Assembly (NCBI RefSeq): GCF_030684315.1
Contig: NC_081365.1
Coordinates: 39,702,985-39,766,984 of the forward strand
Length of the DNA stretch: 64,000 nucleotides
DNA from: Stegostoma tigrinum
Taxonomy: Eukaryota
Reading direction: 5' to 3'
Every line of letters begins with the position of its first letter. Positions within the stretch are counted from its first letter, which is position 1. Below, in pieces: positions 39,206-50,255 of this stretch. A program made the position numbers and the translations under genes. The notes beneath the pieces were generated by a model. It made no database searches. It was not told where the DNA came from and saw only the letters and a program-made list of their open reading frames with translations.

Positions 39206-39934
39206 AGATCTTACTCCATTGCTGTCTTTAACTTAGTTACACAAATTGTAGTGAAACTCTCAGAAAACAACTATTTCCTAACACAATAGAAAAGATAAAG
39301 ATAAAACCTCAAAACACATATCAGCAACTGCCTCAAGAACTGCAGGGGTATATTGTTGGGAAAAGCAGAACAGGTCTCTTATAATTACTGAGTTATTCTA
39401 ATTTTTGTTCTGGTGTTTAACACAAACTTTTGGAGAAGTTGCTTTGAACTGTTATTTTCTCAAGCATTTACTCTGCATCAACATTTGAAAAAAAAACCAA
39501 GCTGAAACTCTTGCAGGCCACTAACAACTGATTTTAAAAAAAACTTTTCTTCCTTGCACTTGAAAATTATTTGCCACTGACAGGGCAAGCTCCACTCTCA
39601 GTGGAACTGAAACTGAAACAGAAATAGCATGGCAGTAAATCTACTGCAGAAAGCAAAACCCTCTAAAAGTAAATCCATGAGGGGATAGTAGCTGCTCAGA
39701 ACAAAAAAAAAATTAATTGGAACAAATACTTTTGCAACATAGTTAGACTAGGAGACTCTCAACTCTTCACATTCCTCACACTAAGTATCTGTTGCCAAAC
39801 TAATTATACTGTTAACATTGTAAAAACTTCAACTACAAGCTCACTGCTGGTACAGTTGCGATAATATCTTCCAATACCAAATCACCTTGGAGTGTCATGC
39901 AAGCCTTAATTTTATTTTGGTTAGAACATGGTTT

Positions 39935-42900
39935 GGTGATGTTGGTGTAGTTGAAAGGCTTAGGACTGGGGACTCTGGGTTCAAATCCCACCATGGCAGA
40001 TGATGGAATTTTAAATTAAATTAATACTGAAAGAAAGTTAGTTTACTCACTGCTCATTTCTGCAAAGAAATGAAAACTTCTGGTTCACCAATGTCCTCGT
40101 GGAATGAAAATCTGTTGTCCTTATCTGGTCTGGCCTACACATAATTGCAGACTCACAGTAATGTGATTGACTTTCAACTGCCTACTGAAAATGACCTGGC
40201 AAGCAATTCAGTTGTATCAAACCACGAAGAGCAAATAAAGGAATGAAACCAAGAAGATAACCCAGTAATGACAAAGTCCTCTTACCAAGATCTGGGGGCT
40301 TGTGCCAGAATTGGGAGAGCTGTCCCACAGACTAAACAAGCAACAGCCTGAGGTTGTTTGTGAAGTATGATTCTAAAAAAATTATGTGCTGGAAACTACT
40401 AAAATCATCCAAGTGTTTTTGTGCCCCACTAGCAGGGCAGGCCCACAGGAGGTGGCAGCACAGCAGTACACAATCTGTGAGCCTTAACCTGTACTCCAGA
40501 AACCATTGCGTCAGGTCAAATATGGGCAAAGAAACCTCCAGCTAACAAATCAGTACTCCTCCATATTGAACACAATCCGGAAGCATCCGAGTTAATGGTA
40601 ATGGCACAGCATGTACTTTGGATGGGGAATTTCAATGTCCATCACCAAGACTGGCTCACTAGCAACAGTGAGTTTGCAGAGCTGTAAAGAGTACAGCAGG
40701 TCTGTGACATGTGCTGAAGGGACCAAGGGGGGAGAAGTTCTTTTTGACCTCATCCTCACCAATCTATTCGTAGCAGATGCTTCAGCCATGATAATGTTGG
40801 TAGGAATGGCCAGTGCTCAGTTCGTGGAGACGGGAGTTGCATCTTAACATTGAGGACATTGTCCATCGTGGTGTGTCAACAAACAGCATGCCAAATAAGA
40901 AACTTCGAACAGATCTGGCAATTCAAATCTGGGCACCAAAAAGGCACAGTAGATTATCAGCAGATGGTATTCAACCACATCTGCAACCTTATGGTCTAAC
41001 ACATGTCCAGCTCTCTCACTAACTAAGATTGACTGCTCAGTTTGATGGTCGAGAAATACTGCAGGAAGGAAAGCAGAAAGTAGCACCAGGAATACTTAAA
41101 AGTGCGATGTCAAACAGGCAAGGCGCGTCAAACAGCAGAAGCATGTGCAATAGACAAGGTTATATGATTCCACAACCAATGGATCAGACCTAAGCTCTGC
41201 AGTCTTGCCATATCCAGACGTAAATGGTGGGGGACAGCTAACACGAGTTGGAAGCACAAGGATTCTCATCCTTAAAAGATGGGGGTGCCCATCATATTAG
41301 TACAAAAGTCAAGGGTGAAATATTTGCATCTCAGCCAGAAGTTCTGAGCAGATGATCCATCATTTTCTCCTCCTGCAGTCCCTAACACAGATTATATCAT
41401 TCATTCTGATATAATTCATTCTACATGATATCAGGAAACAGCCGAGACAATGGATAATGCAAAGACTGACAAAATCATGATAACAACACCAAAGAATCTT
41501 TTCTCCAGAGCAAGCCACACCATTAGCCGAGCTATTCCAGCAAAGCTGCAATACTAACCCCTACTCTGTTTTCTCTGACCTTTGCCTCAGAAGGTTTGCG
41601 GACACCAATTGGACTGCAGAAGCGTAGAAGCAATGACACATAGTACTGGAAGCTTCTCCTGTGTATAGAATTCAGAAGATAATGTGAAGTCAGGAATGCT
41701 CAGAGGAAAAGCAGCCACTATCCAACAATTCCACTCTCAATCATCAGCAAAATGATGGAATGGTTCATAGATATGGACATAAAGTTACACTTGTGAAGTA
41801 ATGGTCTGGTCATTGGATTCTGCTAGGGCCACTGAGCATCTGATCTCATCAGAACCTTGATCCATACATGGACATAAAACAAGGGAGCTGAATTCCAGAC
41901 AGAAGTCAAGACTGACTGCTTTTGGCATCAACTGAATTTGAGACACAGAGACTGAACAAAACTGGAGTCAATGAGAATAGAGGGGAAAATACTTATGACT
42001 CATAACTGGAAGTAAGACAAACAGACAGTTGCAGATAACAAGGTGTGAAGCTGGATGAACACAGCAGGCCTGGCAGCAGACAAACAGGAACGCTGACGTT
42101 TCGGGTCTGGACCCTTCTGCAGAACTGGGAGAGGGGAAGGGGGTTCTGAAATAAATAGAGAAGGAGGGGCGGTGATAGCAGGTGGATAGTACAGCAGATA
42201 GGGGAGAGAGAAGACGGACAGCTCACGGAGGCAGGGGTGAAGCTAGTAAAGGTGAGTGTAATAAGGAATTTGGGATGGGGGGTTGGTCAGTGAGGTGGGA
42301 GGAGCACCTATCCACCCTTCTCACCTCACTGACCAAGCCCCACCTCCACTTCCTACCTACACTCATCTTTACCAGCTCCATCTCTGCCTCCTGGAGCTGA
42401 ACATCTTCTCTCCTACCTATCTGCTCTACTATCCACCTGCTATCACCGCCCCTCCTTCTCTATTTATTTCAGAGCCCCCTTCCCCTCTCCCAGTTCTGCA
42501 GAAGGGTCCTGGCCTGAAATGTCAGCTTTTCTGTTCCTCTGATGCTGCTTCGCCAGCTCCACACCTTGTCATCTCAGACCCCAGGATCAGCAGTTCCTAC
42601 TATCTGAGACAGTTTGCAGTTGTTGGAGATCAATCTCCTCACCCCCAGGACATCACTGTAAGCAGTGCCTCTCAAGGTCGTGAGTTAGTCCCAGCCATGC
42701 TTAGTTGCTTCATCAATTACCCTCCCCTCATTATATGGTCTCAAGTAGGGATGCTCTTTGATGAATACACAACATTCGGAATGAGTCAAGACTCTCCAAA
42801 TCCTGAAATAGTGCACGTTGAAATGCAGCAATATCTGTACAACACCCAGACTTGGACTCATAAGTGCCAAGAAACAATTGCGCCAGACACACCAGGCAAT

Positions 42901-43630
42901 GACCGCCTCAGAGAACCTAAACGCTGATCCTTGACGTTCAATGGTACTGAAGTTGACGAATCTCCTATCAACATTCCGAGAGTTACCACTGACCAGAAAC
43001 TGACCTGAATGAGCTATAGAAATACAGCGACTGCAAGACAGGTCAGCAGCTCAGAGTAGTGCGGTGAGTAACTCATCTCTTGTCTCTCCAAAACCTGTCC
43101 ACTATTTACATGACAAGTCAAGAGAAGATGGAGTACTCTATTTGTCTGGATGGGACCTTCTCCAAGAACATTCAAAAAGCTGGACACCATCCAAGACAAA
43201 GCAGCTCTATTAATTGGCATCAATCCACCATCTTCAGCATTAAGTTTCTTTCTGAATTGACATGGTGGGGACAGTGACACCAGTCCAGGCTACCAGATGG
43301 CACTGTGTGCCATCTACAAAATGCACTTCAGTAACTCAACAAGGTTCTTCTGGCAAGATCTTCTAAACCTGCAACTACTACCAACTGGAAGGACAGGAGC
43401 AGCAGATGCACAGGAACACCAGCATCTGGAAGTTCCCCTCCAAACTATTCACTATCTTGACCTGGGTTAAAATCCTGGAATTCCCTTCCTAATGATACTT
43501 GGACATTTCTATACCCCAAGAACTGAGAGCTTAAAACAGCAACTCACCACCACCTTCTCTAGAGTATTTAGGGATGGGCAATAAATGCTGGCTGAGTCAA
43601 CAATATCCATCTCCCACATATGAATAAAAA
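39935..43630 (+). mobile_element. Decayed near-full-length LINE (CR1/Zenon-like) with tRNA-like 5' head
   Basis: B box GGTTCAAATCC at 39978-39988. APE start (IWGLVPELGELSHRLNKQQP) at ~40290. RT remnants (SIISKMME; SQGRELVPAMLSCFIN; MLFDE). 3' tail gggatgggcaataaatgc...atgaataaaaa at ~43570-43630. Clade assignment is an inference. Confidence 0.75.
42035..42606. mobile_element. Palindromic PLE derivative nested in the LINE RT region
   Basis: Two inverted 3' termini, both cores reading CUGCAGA. TSD agacagtt(t)gcag at 42023-42034 and 42607-42619; the LINE RT continues on both sides. Confidence 0.8.
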
Positions 43631-43644
43631 CGAATGATGTCCAT

Positions 43645-43727
43645 TTCCGAAGGAGGGTCTGGGCCTGAAACATCAGCCTTCCTGCTCCTCTGATGCTGCT
43701 TCGCCCAGCTGTACATTGGTTATCACT
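43645..43727 (+). mobile_element. Degraded PLE terminus
   Basis: ccgaaggagggtctgggcctgaaacatcagccttcctgctcctctgatgctgc is a decayed core plus terminus. Confidence 0.6.
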
Positions 43728-43989
43728 GAAGACCTTATTATCGCTTTCATGTTGCTATTGCTATCCACAATCATCATAAAACTCTGGTTCACAAATATTC
43801 TTTGAGTGGAAATCTGTTGCCATTATCTGCTCCGGCTTATAAGTGATTCCAGACCCACAGCAAGGGCCTTCTAAAATGGTTTACGACTCTGCTCATGAGC
43901 AGTTAGCAATGGGCAATAAATGACTCCCATATTCTATGAAAGAATAAAATTGAAGCAAGCTTTGAACTATTCCCACAAATCCTTCACTG

Positions 43990-44780
43990 CTTTGTTATTA
44001 TCAGACTGCTTGTCCATCATCCAGGCTTGGGCAAGTTGCAATGTACTCAATTTAAATAATGGGGTAGATAAGGTTGTTAGCTTTGATTCCTAGTCACAAA
44101 CATTCAACTGTTACCAACAATTCCACGCCTTATCTAAACAGGCTGTACCAGATTGCAGTGAACTTTACCAGAGATCGGGGCTTCTGAACTTATCTCCAAC
44201 ACGCACTGCCCACTTCCATCATGAGTCAGCCGTCATCTCCACCATCACTTCAATATACTTGCTGCCAAAACTCTTCTCCAAGCGTTTTGTCAATCCCAGA
44301 GTGCAGTGCAGTGCACTATTCCAATATTCTCCGGGCCAACCACCCATCTTCCATCATTCAGAAGCTGCAGAGTTACTAAACCTCTGCTGTCTACATATAC
44401 AACACCCCCGCACACAATAACCTACTACTCTGGGAGTACTGCAAACCAACAGTATGAATGTACAATTTTCATCTATGTTCAAATCCCTCAGCTATCTTGC
44501 CTATCCTCATGTGTCACTCCATTCAATACTATAACCATCTGAGGACACTACATTCCACCAACTGTGGACTCTTCTGCACCTCCTGTCCGCTGTACCCCAG
44601 CACTGACAGCTGTGCCTTCAATCCTGTGGACTCAAGCTCTCCTCATTCTCCTCCTTCAAGACTCTCCTTAAAAACTTACCTGTTTAGTCACTTGCTATGG
44701 CAGCATCAATCTTTGTATGGTTATTTATTTTCCCTCAACGCATTTCACTAAGTTAAAGGCACTGTAAAAATGCAGCTGTA
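43990..44780 (+). mobile_element. L2-type LINE 3' remnant
   Basis: ccttcaagactctccttaaaacttacctgttt and gttaaaggcactgtaaaaatgcag 3' signature. Confidence 0.5.
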
Positions 44781-45479
44781 TTTTGAACTGTTGTATACAG
44801 TTACAAGTTAACAATGACTGCAAGGACAAAGTAATGGGGTGTGACTGGCAGAAGTGAAATTATACTTCAATTAAAAAGAGAGAGAAAAACCAGCAAAACA
44901 AAAATCTGAACTACACTTGGTAACTCAATACCGTGATCCCATACAAATTACTTGCAATAAGGTGTGGCTGCAAACTTCTTTTTTGGAGAAATGTTTTTAG
45001 GGCATCACTATGGCAGTAACGTGGCCAGAAATAAACAGGTACAAACATCAAAATGGAAGAAAATTTTTTAGAAACTACCAGCCCAAATATTACGCTAAGT
45101 GAGCAGATTGCACGATTATTAGGGAGTCAGTGTGACTAACTCCAGAATGAAACAGAATGATCTCAGAGTCTGGAAAGATTAATCACCGAGACTGCATTCA
45201 GCTTCTTTCTAAATAAAGGGCTCAAAGTCCAAACATTACCCTCTAAAAGGAATTTAATAAAAACTGACACTTAAATAGAAACAGGTCTATAATTGCTAGT
45301 GAGAGTTTAAAAGAAGTGACAATTCAGATTTTCCTTTCAGGAACATGGATTATTACATTCAGATGTGTGGTAGACCCAGGTGGTGTTAGGCTGCTGAGAT
45401 GTGTCAAACATTATTGAACATTACCTTTATAAATAATGCATTTTCTGAAATACAACTTAGGGCCCCATTCGTAACCACC

Positions 45480-46760
45480 CTAGATAAAATAACATTTCCG
45501 GCCGGTCAGGAGAGCAAACAGAGATTCAAAAGTTCAAGTCATATTTGGAGGTGAAGGCGAAGAGGAGACGATTGTATGCTGGGTCGCATGCTACCTTTTC
45601 CTTTTTCCTGAGGTGCAGAAATAAATACGTTTTAGCACTGTCCACACGAGTAAGTGAACACAGGCAGCGAATCTGCACAGTCATTAATCAGGAATCGCTG
45701 CCCGGGCTCGTCTCGGTTGAAAAAAAACTCAAAAATTTAAACTGGGAACACAGAGGACAGAAAAGGGCGACTAACACCATGCGCCGAGTTTAAATTAATT
45801 TCGCAATCACACTTCCCAGAAAACATTCAAAAAAACCTTCAAAGCAAATAAGAAACCACACAAAAAAAATGAAGAAAAGATTATTGGGAGAGTCGAACCA
45901 TAGGAACAGCTCTAATAAATGAAGCCAGGGTCTGGGGAGAAATAAAAAAATCACTAGAGAATAATTTCCCGAGATCAGCAGCTTCAAGGGTGAGGCAGAT
46001 TGTGAATTAACAGGGAAACAAAGTCCGATGTTAACAGAAGCCGAATGTGCTGAGAGTAGTTATAAAACCAGGGCAAACGGCTTGGGAGTGTTTCAATGGA
46101 TCGTGTGTATCTCGTGAAACGCTTTCACACTGTCCTCACTCGGCACTTTCCCCGGGGATCACAGCGCTCTTATCCCACGTCCCCCTCTCACAGCCCTCGG
46201 CTCGGCGTTCACTCCCCGTCCCTCAGCATCGCAACCTCCGGGACTACTCTCAGGAGAGATGTGAGAACACAGGGTTAGTGTTAGGGGAATAGGAAATTCA
46301 GAGGTTTTTTCACCGCAGCCAGCGCCCTCACACTTACCCCAACTAACCACCAGAAGCAGCAGCAGCAGCAACAAACGCTCCATCCTCTCCCAGGATCTGC
46401 CTTTCTGGCAAACACTCCCCAAACTCCCCGAAGAGAGGATAAAAAAAATCCCTCCCCCTCTCAACTGGAGCCTTTCCAGCAGCTCACTCTGTCTCCAGGT
46501 GGCACTTCTTGCAAAATGAGCCAATTCCAAACAGAAACTCCAAACTTCTTTTTTTTAAAACTTGAACTTTATCTATTGCCAAAAAGTTTATTTTATCCTT
46601 GAGAACGTAGAAAGCCCAAAGCGAACTTTAACAGTCAAACACTCGGAAAGTTTTTGATCTTTCACTACAAGAGTCCAGACGGAAACACCCAGGAACTTCC
46701 CCTTCTTTCAGGTAATTGGCTCCGTTAAAATGGGAGGGCAGGGACGTCAGGCGACACTCA
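45480..46760 (-). promoter_or_regulatory. CpG-enriched promoter/first-exon region of PTGFRN
   Basis: Local excess of CpG without a recognisable repeat around exon 1. CRE-like TGACGTC at ~46743-46749 and NF-kB-like GGGGAAGTTCC at ~46692-46702 (minus strand); motif function is not shown. Confidence 0.55.
46338..46383 (-). CDS. PTGFRN: PTGFRN coding exon 1 (signal peptide MERLLLLLLLLVVSW-G)
   Basis: ATG in good Kozak context (AGGATGG), poly-Leu hydrophobic core, donor G|GTAAGTG at 46337. The 46 nt end in phase 1 and join exon 2 in frame (G+GA=Gly, then LILG-RVVKVP). Lies in the most CpG-enriched non-repeat region. Confidence 0.85.
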
Positions 46761-47099
46761 AAAAAAATCAAATGATTACAATCCTGCCTCATGGGAACTT
46801 TTATTTTCTGCAGTTGGAAGCTAGGTTATTTGTTCATGTTCATCGATATTCCGTCGTTGGAAAGCATTGGGATCAATGCACATTATGATTTGGCGTTGGC
46901 ATTCGGTTGCTGAGAGTTATTATCACTTCCTCTGCGAACATTCGGCTCAAACTGCAAATAAGTGTTAAAGACACATCCTAATTCAAATTGGATAACTAGC
47001 ATGGTTTTGCCAACGATGGATGTTGTGCAACATAAAATCAATTCACACAAGAAAAAAGAGCAATCGATCTATTTTCCTGCAATCACAATCGATTCACAC

Positions 47100-47380
47100 T
47101 CCTAGGGTTGAAGGTTCAAACTTCACGTCTCAGACTTGAACCCAATAGTTAAGCACTGAAGAAGTGCTAAACTGAGAGAGGCGTAACATCTCAGATGAAG
47201 GTAAAAGGAAAATAGACACTTTGGCATTATTGGGAGAAGAGCAATGGAGCTTTCCCATTGTCCTGGATAAAATGTGTCCCACCACCAACACCAAAGTTGG
47301 TAATCTGATCCTTTGTTTCGTTGCTCTATGCAATATGATTGCTGCGTTGCCTCCAATTCAACAGTGACTAAATTTCAATT
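47100..47380 (+). mobile_element. Degraded Deu-type SINE upstream of the PTGFRN promoter
   Basis: gaagagcaatggagctttccc..tgtcctgg..caacagtgact pattern. Confidence 0.5.
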
Positions 47381-50043
47381 CCATCTGTGGATGATTACTG
47401 AAATTTAGTTGAACTGCTTGCTGACACCATAACACATGGCATAGACTTTTTGAGTACCATGGTTAATTCCATCTGAGCTCAACCAGATAAATTAGTACAG
47501 CATCAGTTCCCAAATTAATTGCACATTTTTTGCTTTCACTTCTCTACCTAGCAGAATTTGACTTTTACTTATATGGACATGATTCTTTCTATGTAACAAT
47601 TTAGGTTTTTTTCCAAAAAGGAAGTTATCCTTTTAACGCCCTTCACTAATTTATAAGTTATCAAAAGATCATTTTGTAGCCACCTTTAAAAGGTGAAAAA
47701 TACAAGTTGGTACAGCCTTTTCTTTTGCTTCAAACCTCTAACAGTAGGGGTTCAACTTTAACTTGCCCAGTAAGAAAGAACCACCACTTTTACATCATTG
47801 ACATTATTGGCATGTAAAAACACATACTGAGTAAAATAGTTTTGTTGATCCAATCCCATCAGTTTTCTGCTGGGTGGATTACCTTTTAATTAGCCGTAAA
47901 GAACCATTTTTGTATCTTCTCTCTGGATTCTTACCAATGTTATATGTGCTCTTGATGATTTAATGTTTAAGTTTGGGCACATTTTGCAAAGTGTGGTCAA
48001 GCCAGAACACTATTCCTGCCATCTCTTCACAGGATGTGGCAACATTGGCTAGACCAGTATTTATAGCCCATCCCTTTATTGCCCTTAAAAAAGTTGCCTT
48101 TTTGAAATACTGCTGTCCCATTGGTGTAGCAGCACCCACTGTGCTGTCAGGAAAGGGCTATAGGATTTTAATCCAGTGACAGTGATGTATGGCTTGGAGG
48201 TGAATTTGCAGGTGGAGGTGGTGCCCATTGCAATTATTCATGCCCCCTCCAAATTTATATTCTAATGTTTTATCTGTACAAAGCAGCATTCTGTTTGATT
48301 TGTTGATTGCTATCACGTAGGGATTGAACATGAGCTACAAATTTACTAAAATGAATAGGTCTTTTACATTTCTCTGAGAGATTTCACAAATTCCACGGGG
48401 TACATATATTTTTCATTTTTTGTTTCTGTAGACAGTGCTTTATATTTACCATATGAATCTTTACCTTCTGTTGTTACATTTATTTACATAGCTTGCCAAA
48501 TGATTTTACAGGTCCAGAGCAAGTTCCTTCTTGTGATAGGTTTGTGTGACTGATCCATATTACTAATCCTACTATGAGACAGTATGGATCTGCAGAATAA
48601 TTCCTTAGACTCATCGCCCAGCATTTCTTACACCAGCATCTTTCACACCTAACTGCCTGTTTAAAAAAATTTTCATGGTTTTTGTCTATTTCAAAATGTC
48701 TCTGAAGTTTCTCGAGCTCCTATTGTCTGTAACTCATCTTCCATGTACAACTTGGTTAAGTTATTTCAAGTTGGAGGGTTTCCACAGCTACCACTTCCTC
48801 AAGTTGCACCTAGATGCTAAAAGTAATGAGACCTATAACAAGTTCACAGCTTGTAAAAGAAGCTAAAAGCAGGACTGTCTCTGGCTTAATGTGGAGTAGA
48901 AGTTATACATGGGTGATCGAAGGTCATCAAGGAACTAAAAATTGTTAAAGATAGCTATTAAATGAAGACAATTATGGGCTTTCATTTTAATTCAACTCAA
49001 TTCCAATTTATTGTCCATATGGAAATTCATTTTGGCCTCATTTTGTTACATATAGCTGTATAATGACAGTTAAAAAAAGAGAATTATTCAAAGAGATTTA
49101 ACTTTAATTTACAACTATTTCAATGCATTAGAATAATTTGTCAGTAATTCCCACAGTTGATACTTATCCTCAAACGTACAAAAGTGCTGCTAAAGATGCT
49201 TATAAAGAAGGGCCCATAAAATTTGTAAAACCAATCTGTCCTGCATCTGAAGAGTTGTTGCCTTCTCTTTCACAATGAGATAAGGATCATTATTCCTGAC
49301 AGTCTTTCATCAAATTTCTTCAACACTAGATTTCATCAAGAAATATTTACTCAACAAATGCCCTGTCTGATTCAATACTTTAGTTTATTCATTCATGAGA
49401 TGTAAACCAGACCAGCATTTATTGCCCGCCACTAATTGCCCCTGAGAAGGACATGATAAGCTGCCTCTTTGAACCTGCCAAAGTCTTCTGGTTTACCCCC
49501 TGTGTTGCTTTTGAGGGATTTCCAGGATTTTGATCTAGAAACAATGGAAGAGTAACAATATTGTCCCAAATTATGATGATATATGGCTCAGAAGGGAACT
49601 CGCAAGTGATGGTATTTCTATACATTTACAGATTCTCGAACATTGTTGAAGCTTTATCCGTTCAGGCACGTGGAGAGTATTTCATTATGCTGTTTGTCGA
49701 TGGTGGACAACTGCACCAGGCAAGATATCCAAAAAGAATAATGCTCTCAGCTGCTGCTGTAGAGAAAGGCTTCAAGTTTAGAGGATTTGCTCAAAAGGAC
49801 TTTAATATTCTGAGGTGACATAATTGTTTGTTCCTTTGCCACTGCATCTGAATATTGTTCCATCCTGTCATAAAACATTTTAATAAAAGCCCCTTTACTA
49901 GTCACGAGATAACATTTGCAGAACTGTAGTCAAGCAGGCTGGACAAAAGGAGGAAAAATGAGAGGAGAGAAGAATAAATAAAGATATGAGATACATTAAG
50001 GAAGAAGGACGCACAAGAAGATAAATCACTAACATTATCACTT

Positions 50044-50255
50044 AGAATAGGAATTGCAGATGCTGGAGAATCTGAGATAACAAGGTGTAGAGCTGGATGA
50101 ACACAGCAGGCCAAGCAGCATCAGAGGAGCAGGAAGGCTGACATTTCGGGCCTAGACCCTTCTTCAGAAATTCTGAAGAAGGGTCTAGGCTGGAAACGTC
50201 AGCCTTCCTGCTCCTCTGATGCTGCTTGGCCTGCTGTGTTCATCCAGCTGTACAC
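50044..50255. mobile_element. ORF-less palindromic PLE derivative with two hammerhead motifs
   Basis: Centre cttcttcag-aaatt-ctgaagaag; cores at 50140-50167 (-) and 50173-50200 (+). TSD aa(c/t)attatcactt at 50031-50043 and 50256-50268. Confidence 0.85.

Noticed and set aside
46384-46530. In-frame upstream extension of exon 1 (MELAHF...)
   Set aside because: Starts at TTG with no ATG, and would bury the signal peptide; treated as 5' UTR.
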